Below, in pieces: positions 1-7,383 of a DNA stretch of 40,965 bases. The position numbers were made by a program, and so were the translations under genes. The notes beneath the pieces were generated by a model. It saw nothing but the letters and a program-made list of their open reading frames with translations, was not told the DNA's origin and searched no databases. The stretch covers positions 1-40,965 of the IMG/VR virus record IMGVR_UViG_3300045988_118480. One strand, 5' to 3'. Numbering within the stretch: the first letter of the stretch is position 1; each line of letters opens with the position of its first letter. Source of the stretch: a virus.

Positions 1-77
1 TAGCTCCTTTGGCGTCATACAAGCCTTTTCGAGGATTCCCGGTGTGGCGGCCTCTGCCTGTGCCCTTGTCTCACCAT
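1..77. repeat. Terminal overlap, copy 1 (identical to 40889..40965)
   Basis: tagctcctttggcgtcatacaagcc...cttgtctcaccat occurs at both window ends. The 77-nt length fits a de Bruijn k-mer overlap of a circular contig. Confidence 0.9.
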
Positions 78-339
78 AATGCGGCCATTTCTTGTTGCCG
101 TTAAATGGGACAAAGCCATTACAGACAAACTCGCCGATAACCTTTCCGCAGCACTTTTCCGCAAAAGATTTTGTAATATCGGGCTCCCGAAAGCCATAGG
201 TGCAATAGATATAGCATTTAAAGGGTTGTCTCTGCTGTGGCCTGTTTTTTCTAAACTCAATGGTCTTTTCTCCGTTTGCAATTTTTTTGCACCATCGAGG
301 GCGGATACTAATAAGGACTGCCTTACGCACATTAATCAT
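1..339 (-). CDS. ASCH-domain protein, N-terminal 107 codons plus overlap (the gene continues at 40700..40888 across the circular junction; total 175 aa)
   Basis: My manual translation from ATG 339..337 gives MINVRKAVLISIRPRWCKKIANGEKTIEFRKN..., which matches the ASCH signature. It is in frame with the 40700..40906 ORF through the 77-bp overlap. Its start overlaps the upstream stop as ATGA (336..339). Confidence 0.8.
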   Translation of the reverse strand, partial: MINVRKAVLISIRPRWCKKIANGEKTIEFRKNRPQQRQPFKCYIYCTYGFREPDITKSFAEKCCGKVIGEFVCNGFVPFNGNKKWPHYGETRAQAEAATPGILEKACMTPKEL

Positions 340-944
340 GGCATCTCCACCTGATCTTCGTCGTCATCAAGCTCGGCCGCGGCCTGCCGGGCGTCTGCCT
401 CGGCGACCATTGTGCCGTTGGCGATGTCCATCAGCTGTCGGCCGAGGCTGCTTTTGTCGGCGCTCATACGCAGCGGCAGTATAATGCTCATCAGCACAAG
501 GCCGCTTTTGACAGCAATAACACGGCCGCCGCCCGTTGTCGGTCTTGCGCAATACCTGACAATATCGATATCATCGGTCGGGGCAAGATATCGCTGCTGG
601 ATCCACAGCGTACCCCGTGCCCCGCCATCAAAAGGCATCAGCGTCCGGCCGGTATTGACCGTCAAATCATAGGGCAGTATGTCGACCTCATCCGGGTCGA
701 TATCATCCAGGCTTACGAGAGAGCCGAGGCCTACATCCCGCACTGTCCAACTGTCCCGCTTATCGGGCGGGACGTCGAAGAGAGCCAGCAACGCCTCATC
801 ATCCATGTACGGCAGACCGTCGAGGGGATACATGGCGACGCCATCGCCTACCCATTGACGCACCAGGTCGCCCTTGCACTCCTGGTTGTGGACATAGATA
901 GTTTTCTGTCCGGCGCATATCTGCGCGATTTTTTTAATTTTCAT
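336..944 (-). CDS. Hypothetical protein (202 aa, acidic C-terminus)
   Basis: A long ORF whose coding strand matches its neighbours. It is ATGA-coupled to the ASCH gene. I recognised no domain. Confidence 0.65.
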   Translation of the reverse strand: MKIKKIAQICAGQKTIYVHNQECKGDLVRQWVGDGVAMYPLDGLPYMDDEALLALFDVPPDKRDSWTVRDVGLGSLVSLDDIDPDEVDILPYDLTVNTGRTLMPFDGGARGTLWIQQRYLAPTDDIDIVRYCARPTTGGGRVIAVKSGLVLMSIILPLRMSADKSSLGRQLMDIANGTMVAEADARQAAAELDDDEDQVEMP

Positions 945-992
945 TCCATTCCCTTTCCATAAAATATTTTTGTGTATTTTTGCGCAACGTTC

Positions 993-1021
993 TTGACTTT
1001 ATACACATTATTGTGTATAAT
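993..1021 (+). promoter_or_regulatory. Sigma70-type promoter of hicAB (TTGACT, 17-nt spacer, TATAAT)
   Basis: -35 ttgact at 993..998, a 17-nt spacer, and -10 tataat at 1016..1021, about 22 nt upstream of hicA. Confidence 0.75.
999..1020. promoter_or_regulatory. Perfect 9-4-9 palindrome in the hicAB promoter spacer (candidate HicB operator)
   Basis: ttatacaca-ttat-tgtgtataa lies between the -35 and -10 and overlaps the -10. Confidence 0.6.
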
Positions 1022-1043
1022 AAGAACGTAAGGAGGACAGACA

Positions 1044-1238
1044 ATGAAAGCCCACGCAAAAGCAATCGCGGCGCTCGAAGAAAGCGGATACAGTTTCGCC
1101 CGGCATGGAGCAAACCACGACATCTATTACAACAAAGCGCTTGGAGTGCTCATTCCGTTGAAGCGTCACGACTTCGACGAATCGGATTTAAGATACATAA
1201 AATCCGAAATTGAAAAGAACAGGCGGAGACGGGGCTAA
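1044..1238 (+). CDS. hicA: HicA-family mRNA interferase toxin (64 aa)
   Basis: Small basic protein with a YcfA/HicA-like pattern (..ARHGANHDIYY..IPLKRH..). It sits immediately upstream of a HicB-like gene, which is the usual toxin-first hicAB order. Confidence 0.75.
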   Translation: MKAHAKAIAALEESGYSFARHGANHDIYYNKALGVLIPLKRHDFDESDLRYIKSEIEKNRRRRG

Positions 1239-1277
1239 CGCCCCGCCCCCTCTTCCATATAAAAAGGAGGCTATAAA

Positions 1278-1673
1278 ATGAGATATTTATATTCCGCGGT
1301 CTTTACGCCGTCGGAGGATGAGGGCAAGGTCTATGCCCGCGTGCCCGATCTGCCCGGCTGCATAACCACCGGAAGCTCTTTGCAGGACGCTATCATCCAG
1401 ATCACTGACGCCGCTTCCGGCTGGCTGGTCGTCGCCGAGGATAATTCAATACCCATCCCGCCCGCGACCCCGCAGGCCGATATCGAGCGCGCACCCTCCG
1501 ACATCCTTTCGGTCATCTGTGTCGACACCCTTGCCTATCGCGCCAGAACCGATACGCGGTCGGTGCGCAAAAACGTATCGCTGCCCGCATGGCTGGCCAG
1601 GCTGGCCGACGCCCGCGGCGTCAACTGTTCGCAGGTCCTTCAGGAGGCTCTGATCTCCCGCTTCGACGTCTGA
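1278..1673 (+). CDS. hicB: HicB-family antitoxin with a C-terminal RHH-like DNA-binding tail (131 aa)
   Basis: The N-terminus (YSAVFTPSEDEGKVYARVPDLPGCITTGSSLQDA) is typical of HicB. The C-terminus (VSLPAWLARLADARGVNCSQVLQEALI) is RHH-like. SD aaaaggagg at 1261..1269. Confidence 0.85.
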   Translation: MRYLYSAVFTPSEDEGKVYARVPDLPGCITTGSSLQDAIIQITDAASGWLVVAEDNSIPIPPATPQADIERAPSDILSVICVDTLAYRARTDTRSVRKNVSLPAWLARLADARGVNCSQVLQEALISRFDV

Positions 1674-1699
1674 TAATGTATACCGCTGCTTTTGCGTTT

Positions 1700-1727
1700 G
1701 CCCCGGCTCTTTGCCGGGGCTTTTTTT
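1700..1727 (+). terminator. Rho-independent terminator of hicAB
   Basis: gccccggc-tcttt-gccggggc followed by a T7 run. Confidence 0.8.
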
Positions 1728-1747
1728 ATGCTCGGCGTACATCTTTT

Positions 1748-1843
1748 ATAGTAGGGCGGGGAGGTGACGCAGGTATGGACGCTTTCGGGCGGTAAATGCC
1801 GCAGTTGCTCCAGCGCGTCGCCCGTCAGGATTATTTCAGCCAT
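1748..1843 (-). pseudogene. 5' remnant (about 32 codons) of an N6/N4 DNA methyltransferase gene, truncated at the hicAB cassette
   Basis: MAEIILTGDALEQLRHLPPESVHTCVTSPPYY reads as a leader plus the (S/D)PPY motif IV of beta-class MTases. The frame then runs into the hicAB terminator and antisense hicB with no further similarity. Its ATG overlaps the C5-MTase stop by 8 nt. Confidence 0.6.
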
Positions 1844-3650
1844 TGGCGGGCGCCTCCATTCCCACAGGTTCCGGCAGGCGCCAGTCCTCTGCGCGAACTT
1901 GGAAAGCGTCGCCCAGCTGCACGGTGTCCGGGAAATTGTGCTGTGTGGTCTGTACGGCGTATTTGTCAATCTCGGTTGCATAGTAGGCGGTGATCTCCGC
2001 GCCCAGCTTGTCCAGCGCGATATGGCCGCAGCTCATACCGTCGTACATGGAAAGCACTTCCACCGGCTCCTCCGTCAGTCCGGTAAAATGGCTCATAATG
2101 TGGGCAATCACGTCCACGGTCCAGCCGTTGCCCAGCATTTTATACGCCTGGGTGTCGCTGACGGGAAAGGCGTATGTGTCCGGCACGGTCTGGAGGCGTT
2201 TACATTCCGGCACGGTCAGCTTGCGAATGATGTAAAATCCGTCTGCCAGTTTAATGGGGTATGTCTTTCCTTTGATGGTGATCTGTCCGCCGCGAACCTC
2301 GTAAACCGGCATTTGCTTTCCGTCCGCCGTTACAATTAGAACGTTATTGTGTTGCCAATCTCCGTTTGCGGTCAGTGTTGGTGCTTTTTTATATTTCACT
2401 CCACCTAAATTGAAGCCCCGTGGGCGCTGAAAAATCGCGGATTCTACAACCAACCTGCTCTGGTGCCCGGTAGCGGCCACGGCGTTACTTTTCTGGTCGT
2501 CCCGCATTTCAAAAGCGGAACCATTTTCGCGTCCACGCCACGCCATACCAGCAGGCACAGCATAAAGGCCGGTGGCCGCGCCGTCGGCCCCGCCGCCGTT
2601 CGGCCTTGCCTTCAGAGAAACGCTCTTGCCGTCGGTGCTGTAAATGCGGCGGCTTTGGCTGGTGCCCAGTTCTCCGTCCTTGTTCGGCATGGCGCCGACG
2701 CGGACGGGGACGGCAATCATATTGTCTTTCTGAACGGTTGTCAGGCAGTTGGTTTTCTGCGGTTCTTCGTTTACCTCGAAATACTGGAAATGCGGGATCG
2801 CTTCGTTGTAATCGTCGCGGTGGCCTTGCTCGTTGATCCTGCGTCCCACGACGCGCCCAGCCACAGGCACGGCATAAAGCCCGGTTTTTGCGCCCAGGCC
2901 GCCGCCATTCCCACAGAGGGTTACGCTTTTGGCGTCCAGGCTGTAAACACGGTATTGCTGGCTGTCAAAAGTCTGGTTCTTTGCGTCGTTCTCAATGGTT
3001 CCGATCCTCACCGGCTCCACCAGAACGTTATATGGGACGCCCTTGTGGGTGTTCGCCGTCACGCAGGCACTTTTTCCCTGCGTTGCGTCGTGGAAATAAT
3101 CGAAATCAAAATGGTTCCGCCCGTCCTTGGTTTCGCGCACCATATAATCCATTTCTTTTTCGGTCAGCGGCTTAATGGCAACAGGTTCCGCCGCACCATT
3201 CCGCTGGTGTCTGGAAACCATGTCGTCCGCCGTGGTCCCGCCAGTTGTGGACAGCAGGGCATACCCTTTTTCTTTCCAGCAGACACCGCTTTCCAGAATG
3301 TCGCGCAGGAGGATCCCGCGGTCCACCGGCTGCTCCACCGCCACCTGACTGTATGTGCCGTCCGGGTTCCGCCTGCCCACCCAATACAGGCGCTGGCGGT
3401 TTTGTGCGCTTACCAAGGCGCTGTTAATCAGGACAGGCTCCACGCCTAACTCCGCCGTGATCTGCGCCCGGATAGCAGGCGACATACTTTTATTGTTTTC
3501 GTACAGGAAAAAATCCGGCTGGTACTTATCCCGCGCAATACGGTAATTCAAAAACAGTTCCCAGCCTATGCCGCTGGCTTCGGTTTCGCGGTTCTTTGTC
3601 TGTGCGATACTCCAGCGTGTGCAGGGGCTTCCGCCTATAAGTATTTTCAT
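1836..3650 (-). CDS. DNA (cytosine-5) methyltransferase with an apparently circularly permuted motif order and a long multi-module target-recognition region (604 aa)
   Basis: Motif order along the protein: IV (GGSPCTRWS), VI (LYENN), VIII (SAQNRQRLYW), a variable region of about 330 aa, IX/X (RLQTVPDTY...GNGWTVDVI), then I/II (LSMYDGMSCGHIAL...YATEIDKYA..QLGDA) at the C-terminus. SD aaggag precedes ATG 3650. Confidence 0.85.
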   Translation of the reverse strand: MKILIGGSPCTRWSIAQTKNRETEASGIGWELFLNYRIARDKYQPDFFLYENNKSMSPAIRAQITAELGVEPVLINSALVSAQNRQRLYWVGRRNPDGTYSQVAVEQPVDRGILLRDILESGVCWKEKGYALLSTTGGTTADDMVSRHQRNGAAEPVAIKPLTEKEMDYMVRETKDGRNHFDFDYFHDATQGKSACVTANTHKGVPYNVLVEPVRIGTIENDAKNQTFDSQQYRVYSLDAKSVTLCGNGGGLGAKTGLYAVPVAGRVVGRRINEQGHRDDYNEAIPHFQYFEVNEEPQKTNCLTTVQKDNMIAVPVRVGAMPNKDGELGTSQSRRIYSTDGKSVSLKARPNGGGADGAATGLYAVPAGMAWRGRENGSAFEMRDDQKSNAVAATGHQSRLVVESAIFQRPRGFNLGGVKYKKAPTLTANGDWQHNNVLIVTADGKQMPVYEVRGGQITIKGKTYPIKLADGFYIIRKLTVPECKRLQTVPDTYAFPVSDTQAYKMLGNGWTVDVIAHIMSHFTGLTEEPVEVLSMYDGMSCGHIALDKLGAEITAYYATEIDKYAVQTTQHNFPDTVQLGDAFQVRAEDWRLPEPVGMEAPANG

Positions 3651-3664
3651 GTTTCTCCTTTTTT

Positions 3665-3760
3665 CCGGCGCTCTGCCGGGAGGGCGCATGCCCACGCCCC
3701 CCGGCGGTTTAAGGTAATGGAGGAAAAAAGCTGGGCGTCATCCGCCCGGCAGAGCGCCGG
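3665..3760. repeat. 16-bp perfect inverted repeat (3665..3680 and 3745..3760) bracketing the 64-bp spacer upstream of the C5-MTase gene
   Basis: ccggcgctctgccggg and cccggcagagcgccgg. The inner arm ends 4 nt before the MTase SD. Confidence 0.5.
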
Positions 3761-3905
3761 TTATAGATCAAAACGGCAGGTCGCCGTCCTCAAAATCGGT
3801 CTCGGCAAAGCCGGACAAGGGGTCGGTTATGTCGTCCAGCTTCGGCCACGATCTCGACCGCCTTACGTTTATTGTCATTACGGTCGGTCCTCTGGCGGAT
3901 CGTCA
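3759..3905 (-). pseudogene. Duplicated, internally deleted 3' fragment of the ssb gene
   Basis: Near-identical to 4626..4837, with two mismatches in the first ~80 bp. A ~70-80-bp linker segment is missing, so the acidic DLPF tail is out of frame. The remnant frame reads TDRNDNKRKAVEIVAE. Confidence 0.75.
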
Positions 3906-3910
3906 CATGG

Positions 3911-4507
3911 TCATTCATGTCCTTCCACCGCTTCGCCGCCGTCGGATTCCAGAATGATTCCAGATTCCGTGAAGAAAGCCGGCCGGACGCCGAGGTTGCC
4001 GTCGCACGCGTAGGCGTTGTACAGACTGCCGACCGTGCTGACAAGGCGCGCGTGGCGCGCGTGGCCGGCGTACGGGGTGACAAGCCACCACCAGTCGTCC
4101 AGGGACAGAAGGGCCTTGTGCTTCAGGAACAGGGCTTCGGGAAGAAGGCTGATCTTCGCCTTCATGTTGCCATAGCCGAAGCCGCCGCGATGGTCAGCCA
4201 GGGACCAGTCCGCGGTCACGATGTTCGCGGAACGGATCGGACCGCCGGCGGCGTCGAAGGCCGCCAGGAAGGGGCCGTTCAGTTCGTCCTTCAGGTAGGA
4301 CAGACTGAAGTCGTTCGGGTAAGGGGTAGGGGCTTCCTCCGGACGGGTCTTCATGGGTTCCAGGGAGAAGGGGCGCCACGCGACCGCCTGGTCGGCGATC
4401 AGAAGGGTCGTTCCGTTGGTCATGTGATCCAGGACGCGGACGTCGATCGGGCCGGCGTCAAAGACGGCCCCAGGGGTCAGGTCCTTCAAAGTCTTAATAT
4501 TTGCCAT
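3911..4507 (-). CDS. Hypothetical protein, DUF6273-like (WWWLVTP...GVRPAFF motifs), 198 aa
   Basis: SD aaggagga precedes ATG 4507. The motif resemblance is from memory only. Confidence 0.7.
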   Translation of the reverse strand: MANIKTLKDLTPGAVFDAGPIDVRVLDHMTNGTTLLIADQAVAWRPFSLEPMKTRPEEAPTPYPNDFSLSYLKDELNGPFLAAFDAAGGPIRSANIVTADWSLADHRGGFGYGNMKAKISLLPEALFLKHKALLSLDDWWWLVTPYAGHARHARLVSTVGSLYNAYACDGNLGVRPAFFTESGIILESDGGEAVEGHE

Positions 4508-4634
4508 GTCGTTTTCCTCCTTCGATTATTTCGATAGACACTTCCACACGGGGTTTCTTCGGGTCCACAGCGACGTCGTCCGCGAAGCCCTCAATCTGGT
4601 TCCAGCCGTCGTTCAGCTTGATGTTGGTTATAGA

Positions 4635-5081
4635 TCAAAACGGCAGGTCGCCGTCCTCAAAATCGGTCTCGGCAAAGTCGGACAAGGGGTCGGTTATATC
4701 GTCCAGCTCAGCGGCGATATCTCGCCCGGCGGGTCTCCCGCTTCCGGCGCTGCCTCTATCACGCTTTGGCTCGGCGAAAAATACCTCTTCGGCCACGACC
4801 TCGACCGCCTTACGCTTATTGTCATTGCGGTCGGTCCACATGCGGGTCTGTATCCGCCCCGAGAGGGCGACCAGCTGACCCTTATTAAAATACTTGCAGA
4901 CAAACTCGGCCGTCTTGCCCCATGCGACGATGTCGATAAAATCGGTCTCGGGCTGTTCGCCGGCCCGCGCGTAGGATCGGGCGACGGCCAGCGCGAAGCT
5001 GCATACCGACGTGCCGCCCTGGGTCTGCTTCAGCTCGGGCGCCGCCGTCAGGCGACCCATGAGCACGGTCTTATTGAGCAT
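4635..5081 (-). CDS. ssb: Single-stranded DNA-binding protein (148 aa)
   Basis: MLNKTVLMGRLTAAPELK... is an OB-fold pattern, and the protein ends in an acidic tail FEDGDLPF. SD gagggagga. Confidence 0.95.
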   Translation of the reverse strand: MLNKTVLMGRLTAAPELKQTQGGTSVCSFALAVARSYARAGEQPETDFIDIVAWGKTAEFVCKYFNKGQLVALSGRIQTRMWTDRNDNKRKAVEVVAEEVFFAEPKRDRGSAGSGRPAGRDIAAELDDITDPLSDFAETDFEDGDLPF

Positions 5082-5083
5082 CC

Positions 5084-5635
5084 TTACATCCTCCCTCTGT
5101 TTTCCGGCGCTGCCGGCATCGGCATCCAATGGGTGACGATCCACTCGGAGGGATCGCGCTTGCCGGTCAGCTGCCATCCGGCGTATGACGTCCACCATCC
5201 AGTGGACACTACCCCGGCGTCGCGCCGGTTGCTGTATGCGTATATCAGGACATCCTCATCCTCCGGCGGGGAGGTATGTACGCTTGTCCACTCGGCCGTC
5301 CCCGCGGACTGTAGCCGGGCGATCTGCTTGTGGGCGTCAATGAGATCCTCGTTGATGGATATGAGCATATCCCGGGCGTCATATTTGAGGTCTTTAGCGC
5401 AATTCCGGCTTTTGCCAAAATATGCACATTTTTGACAATCGCCCTCATCGCCGCTATGCGTGCATCGCCACAGGCTGTCGACGATCCTATCAAACACGCT
5501 GCCGCCTATCGGCTCAAGCCCGAAGAGGCTGCGATCCTTAAAATGCTCGCATACGCCGTCCATAGCGGCGTCGGTATCGACCTTATGGGCGCACACCTCG
5601 TAATGTACGCAGTCCCTGCACATCTTCGTCAGCAT
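5084..5635 (-). CDS. Cys-rich protein with a C-terminal DUF551-like domain (183 aa)
   Basis: The C-terminus (EWTSV..PPEDEDVLIY....WIVTHWMPMPAAPE) resembles DUF551. ATG 5635 follows SD ggagga. The track start at 5641 is TTG. Confidence 0.7.
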   Translation of the reverse strand: MLTKMCRDCVHYEVCAHKVDTDAAMDGVCEHFKDRSLFGLEPIGGSVFDRIVDSLWRCTHSGDEGDCQKCAYFGKSRNCAKDLKYDARDMLISINEDLIDAHKQIARLQSAGTAEWTSVHTSPPEDEDVLIYAYSNRRDAGVVSTGWWTSYAGWQLTGKRDPSEWIVTHWMPMPAAPENRGRM

Positions 5636-5991
5636 ACCCAATCCTCCGATGTCGTGTCGAAGAAAGCGACCTGGAGCTCGGGCGGGAGATCCTCGACCGG
5701 CATAAGGCTTATGGGCTCCCTGTCGGCGTCAAGCCGGGTAAGCACGACCGTGCCGTACAGTTCCGCGTCAGCTATAGTTAATGTGCTGTCAGATTTGTCA
5801 ATGCGGCGCTGGTCTGCCTCGCTATACATAATGGCAAAATTGCCGTCCATCTCAATGCTGCTTCTTGCCCCGCCGACAAGGCCGTCGAGTATCTCGGCGT
5901 GGCTTTTAGCCCATATATCCTCATCTACCGTCGTCAGCTCGGGCGAGCATCCCGGACGCTTAACAAGCAGTCGTATCGTGTTTTTCATCAT
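5629..5991 (-). CDS. DUF3846-like protein (120 aa)
   Basis: MMKNTIRLLVKRPGCSPELTTV....LVGGARSSIEMDGNFAIMYSE... resembles DUF3846. SD aaggaag precedes ATG 5991. The upstream extension in the track is Arg/Lys-rich and looks like junk. Confidence 0.65.
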   Translation of the reverse strand: MMKNTIRLLVKRPGCSPELTTVDEDIWAKSHAEILDGLVGGARSSIEMDGNFAIMYSEADQRRIDKSDSTLTIADAELYGTVVLTRLDADREPISLMPVEDLPPELQVAFFDTTSEDWVC

Positions 5992-6493
5992 CCATCTTCC
6001 TTTCTTCTTCCATTGCGGCCATGTATTTTTTGATCTTCGATTTTTTGTTCTGGGCGAGGATCCGGTCACGATTAGCGGCATAGTATTCTCGGCGCTTACG
6101 ATTTTTCTCTTCGCGTGTTTGACGCTTCCGGGGTTCTTTTCCGGCCTTGCGTTGAGCAAGGATCTTTTCCCGATTTGCCGCATACTTTTCTCGCGCTTTT
6201 TTGTTTATTGCCTCCCGATTTGCTTCATTCCACTGTCGTTGTTTTTCCTTTATTTCGGCTTTGTGATCGGCGTAATATGCGGCATACCGGCGTTTTATCC
6301 GCTCTTTGTTTGCCTCATAGTACGCCTTGCGCTTTTCCCGTTCCCTGTCTATATTCTGGGCTCGGCGCTCTCGCTCCCGCTGGACCATTTGGTCCCTGTG
6401 GGCGGCATAATATGCCCGGTGGTATGCGTTATATCTCTCCCGGCGCTCATCATCGGTCAGCTCCCGCGGCCTGCCCTTACCCATGCATTTCAT
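5960..6493 (-). CDS. Basic protein built of tandem YYxxN(R/K)ExI-type repeats (about 177 aa; start uncertain)
   Basis: About six degenerate repeats: AYYAAHRDQM, AYYEANKERI, AYYADHKAEI, NEANREAI, YAANREKI, YYAANRDRI. Probably coiled and basic. Confidence 0.6.
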   Translation of the reverse strand: MKCMGKGRPRELTDDERRERYNAYHRAYYAAHRDQMVQRERERRAQNIDREREKRKAYYEANKERIKRRYAAYYADHKAEIKEKQRQWNEANREAINKKAREKYAANREKILAQRKAGKEPRKRQTREEKNRKRREYYAANRDRILAQNKKSKIKKYMAAMEEERKMDDEKHDTTAC

Positions 6494-6710
6494 CTCGGAT
6501 ATCCTGCGCCCAATCGCGCAGTGTGGGCAGCACACTATGTATGTACATCGGCAAGCCGAGTATCAGCAGCTCGCCGCCGACCGCTTCATATCCCCGCCAT
6601 GCATTGGCATGACTGCGGGCGGCAAGATAGAGCACGACGGCCACGGCCGTCCACCTGACCCACCAAAGCGCCGATTTAATCCATGGCGTCCGTCTCTTAC
6701 ACCTTCTCAT
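6477..6710 (-). CDS. Small membrane protein (77 aa)
   Basis: SD aaggagga precedes ATG 6710. Hydrophobic segments WWVRWTAVAVVLYLAA and LLILGLPMYI. Confidence 0.6.
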   Translation of the reverse strand: MRRCKRRTPWIKSALWWVRWTAVAVVLYLAARSHANAWRGYEAVGGELLILGLPMYIHSVLPTLRDWAQDIRDEMHG

Positions 6711-6957
6711 TTCCGGTCCTCCTTGCCTTCCGCTCCTTCTCGGCACGGGCTGATGTCTTGACCTTAAGCGCCATACCTCGGGTCCTGGGCTTACCGGGCG
6801 CATACCCGCGGCATCGCTCGCCGGGCTGCAAGCCCTCATTAAGCAGCATCTGCGATATGCCGGTATCTCCTATGTGGTTGCATCCGAGCATTGCGCCCAT
6901 GTTGCCCCAGCCGAGATACATGCTGTGGATGCATGTCCGACATAGCTCTTTATCCAT
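6697..6957 (-). CDS. Small cysteine-rich protein (86 aa; Cys_rich_VLP-like)
   Basis: MDKELCRTCIHS...LGCNHIGDTG...GERCRGYAPG. SD ggaggga. Confidence 0.6.
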   Translation of the reverse strand: MDKELCRTCIHSMYLGWGNMGAMLGCNHIGDTGISQMLLNEGLQPGERCRGYAPGKPRTRGMALKVKTSARAEKERKARRTGNEKV

Positions 6958-6973
6958 TCTCCATCCCTCCGGT

Positions 6974-7153
6974 CTATAGTTTCCACTTCTCCATGCCGAT
7001 CTGCTCATGCGGCATGACGGCCTTGCACCACGGACACCACATATGCTTGATATGTCCGGGAGGTGTCATGTGCCGCTGTTTGGCGGCATACTGCACCGCC
7101 CCGCAGCCCGAGCATCTGAATATCCGCATATTGACTATTCGCGGCCGCTTCAT
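6974..7153 (-). CDS. Zinc-ribbon protein (59 aa)
   Basis: CSGC...CPWC. ATG 7153 overlaps the upstream stop as ATGA. Confidence 0.55.
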   Translation of the reverse strand: MKRPRIVNMRIFRCSGCGAVQYAAKQRHMTPPGHIKHMWCPWCKAVMPHEQIGMEKWKL

Positions 7154-7383
7154 TTTGTTTTGTTCATCCTGTTTCGCGCGCTGTCCACAGATGACGTCAT
7201 GCCCCATATCGTGCGGGTTATATTGGTTGTGTTATGACTTTTTTGCCCCCAAAGCATTTGCAGCGTCACTTGCGTTTTTGCAATTTGTTCCATTGCTACT
7301 CCGAGTTTGCTCCGTGTGTCAGCAAGCAGCCATGCTGTGCATGTCAACCACAGCGTCAGCGCCGTACACCATGCGTATATCAT
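7150..7383 (-). CDS. Small protein with an N-terminal hydrophobic helix (77 aa)
   Basis: SD gaggagga precedes ATG 7383, which is ATGA-coupled to the upstream gene. Confidence 0.55.
   Translation of the reverse strand: MIYAWCTALTLWLTCTAWLLADTRSKLGVAMEQIAKTQVTLQMLWGQKSHNTTNITRTIWGMTSSVDSARNRMNKTK

Noticed and set aside
1-77. The 77-bp terminal direct repeat as a biological DTR, LTR or att duplication
   Set aside because: It lies inside a coding sequence that reads through it seamlessly, and its length equals a common assembler k-mer. It is most simply an overlap artefact of circular assembly. True physical ends cannot be inferred from the sequence alone.
5330-6658. 442-aa plus-strand ORF, the longest plus-strand ORF in the early region
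   Set aside because: It is antisense to a chain of SD-preceded, translationally coupled minus-strand genes with recognisable domains. Its product is low-complexity (Ser/Leu/Phe/Pro-rich). No SD or promoter is present. It is a typical shadow ORF in GC-rich DNA.
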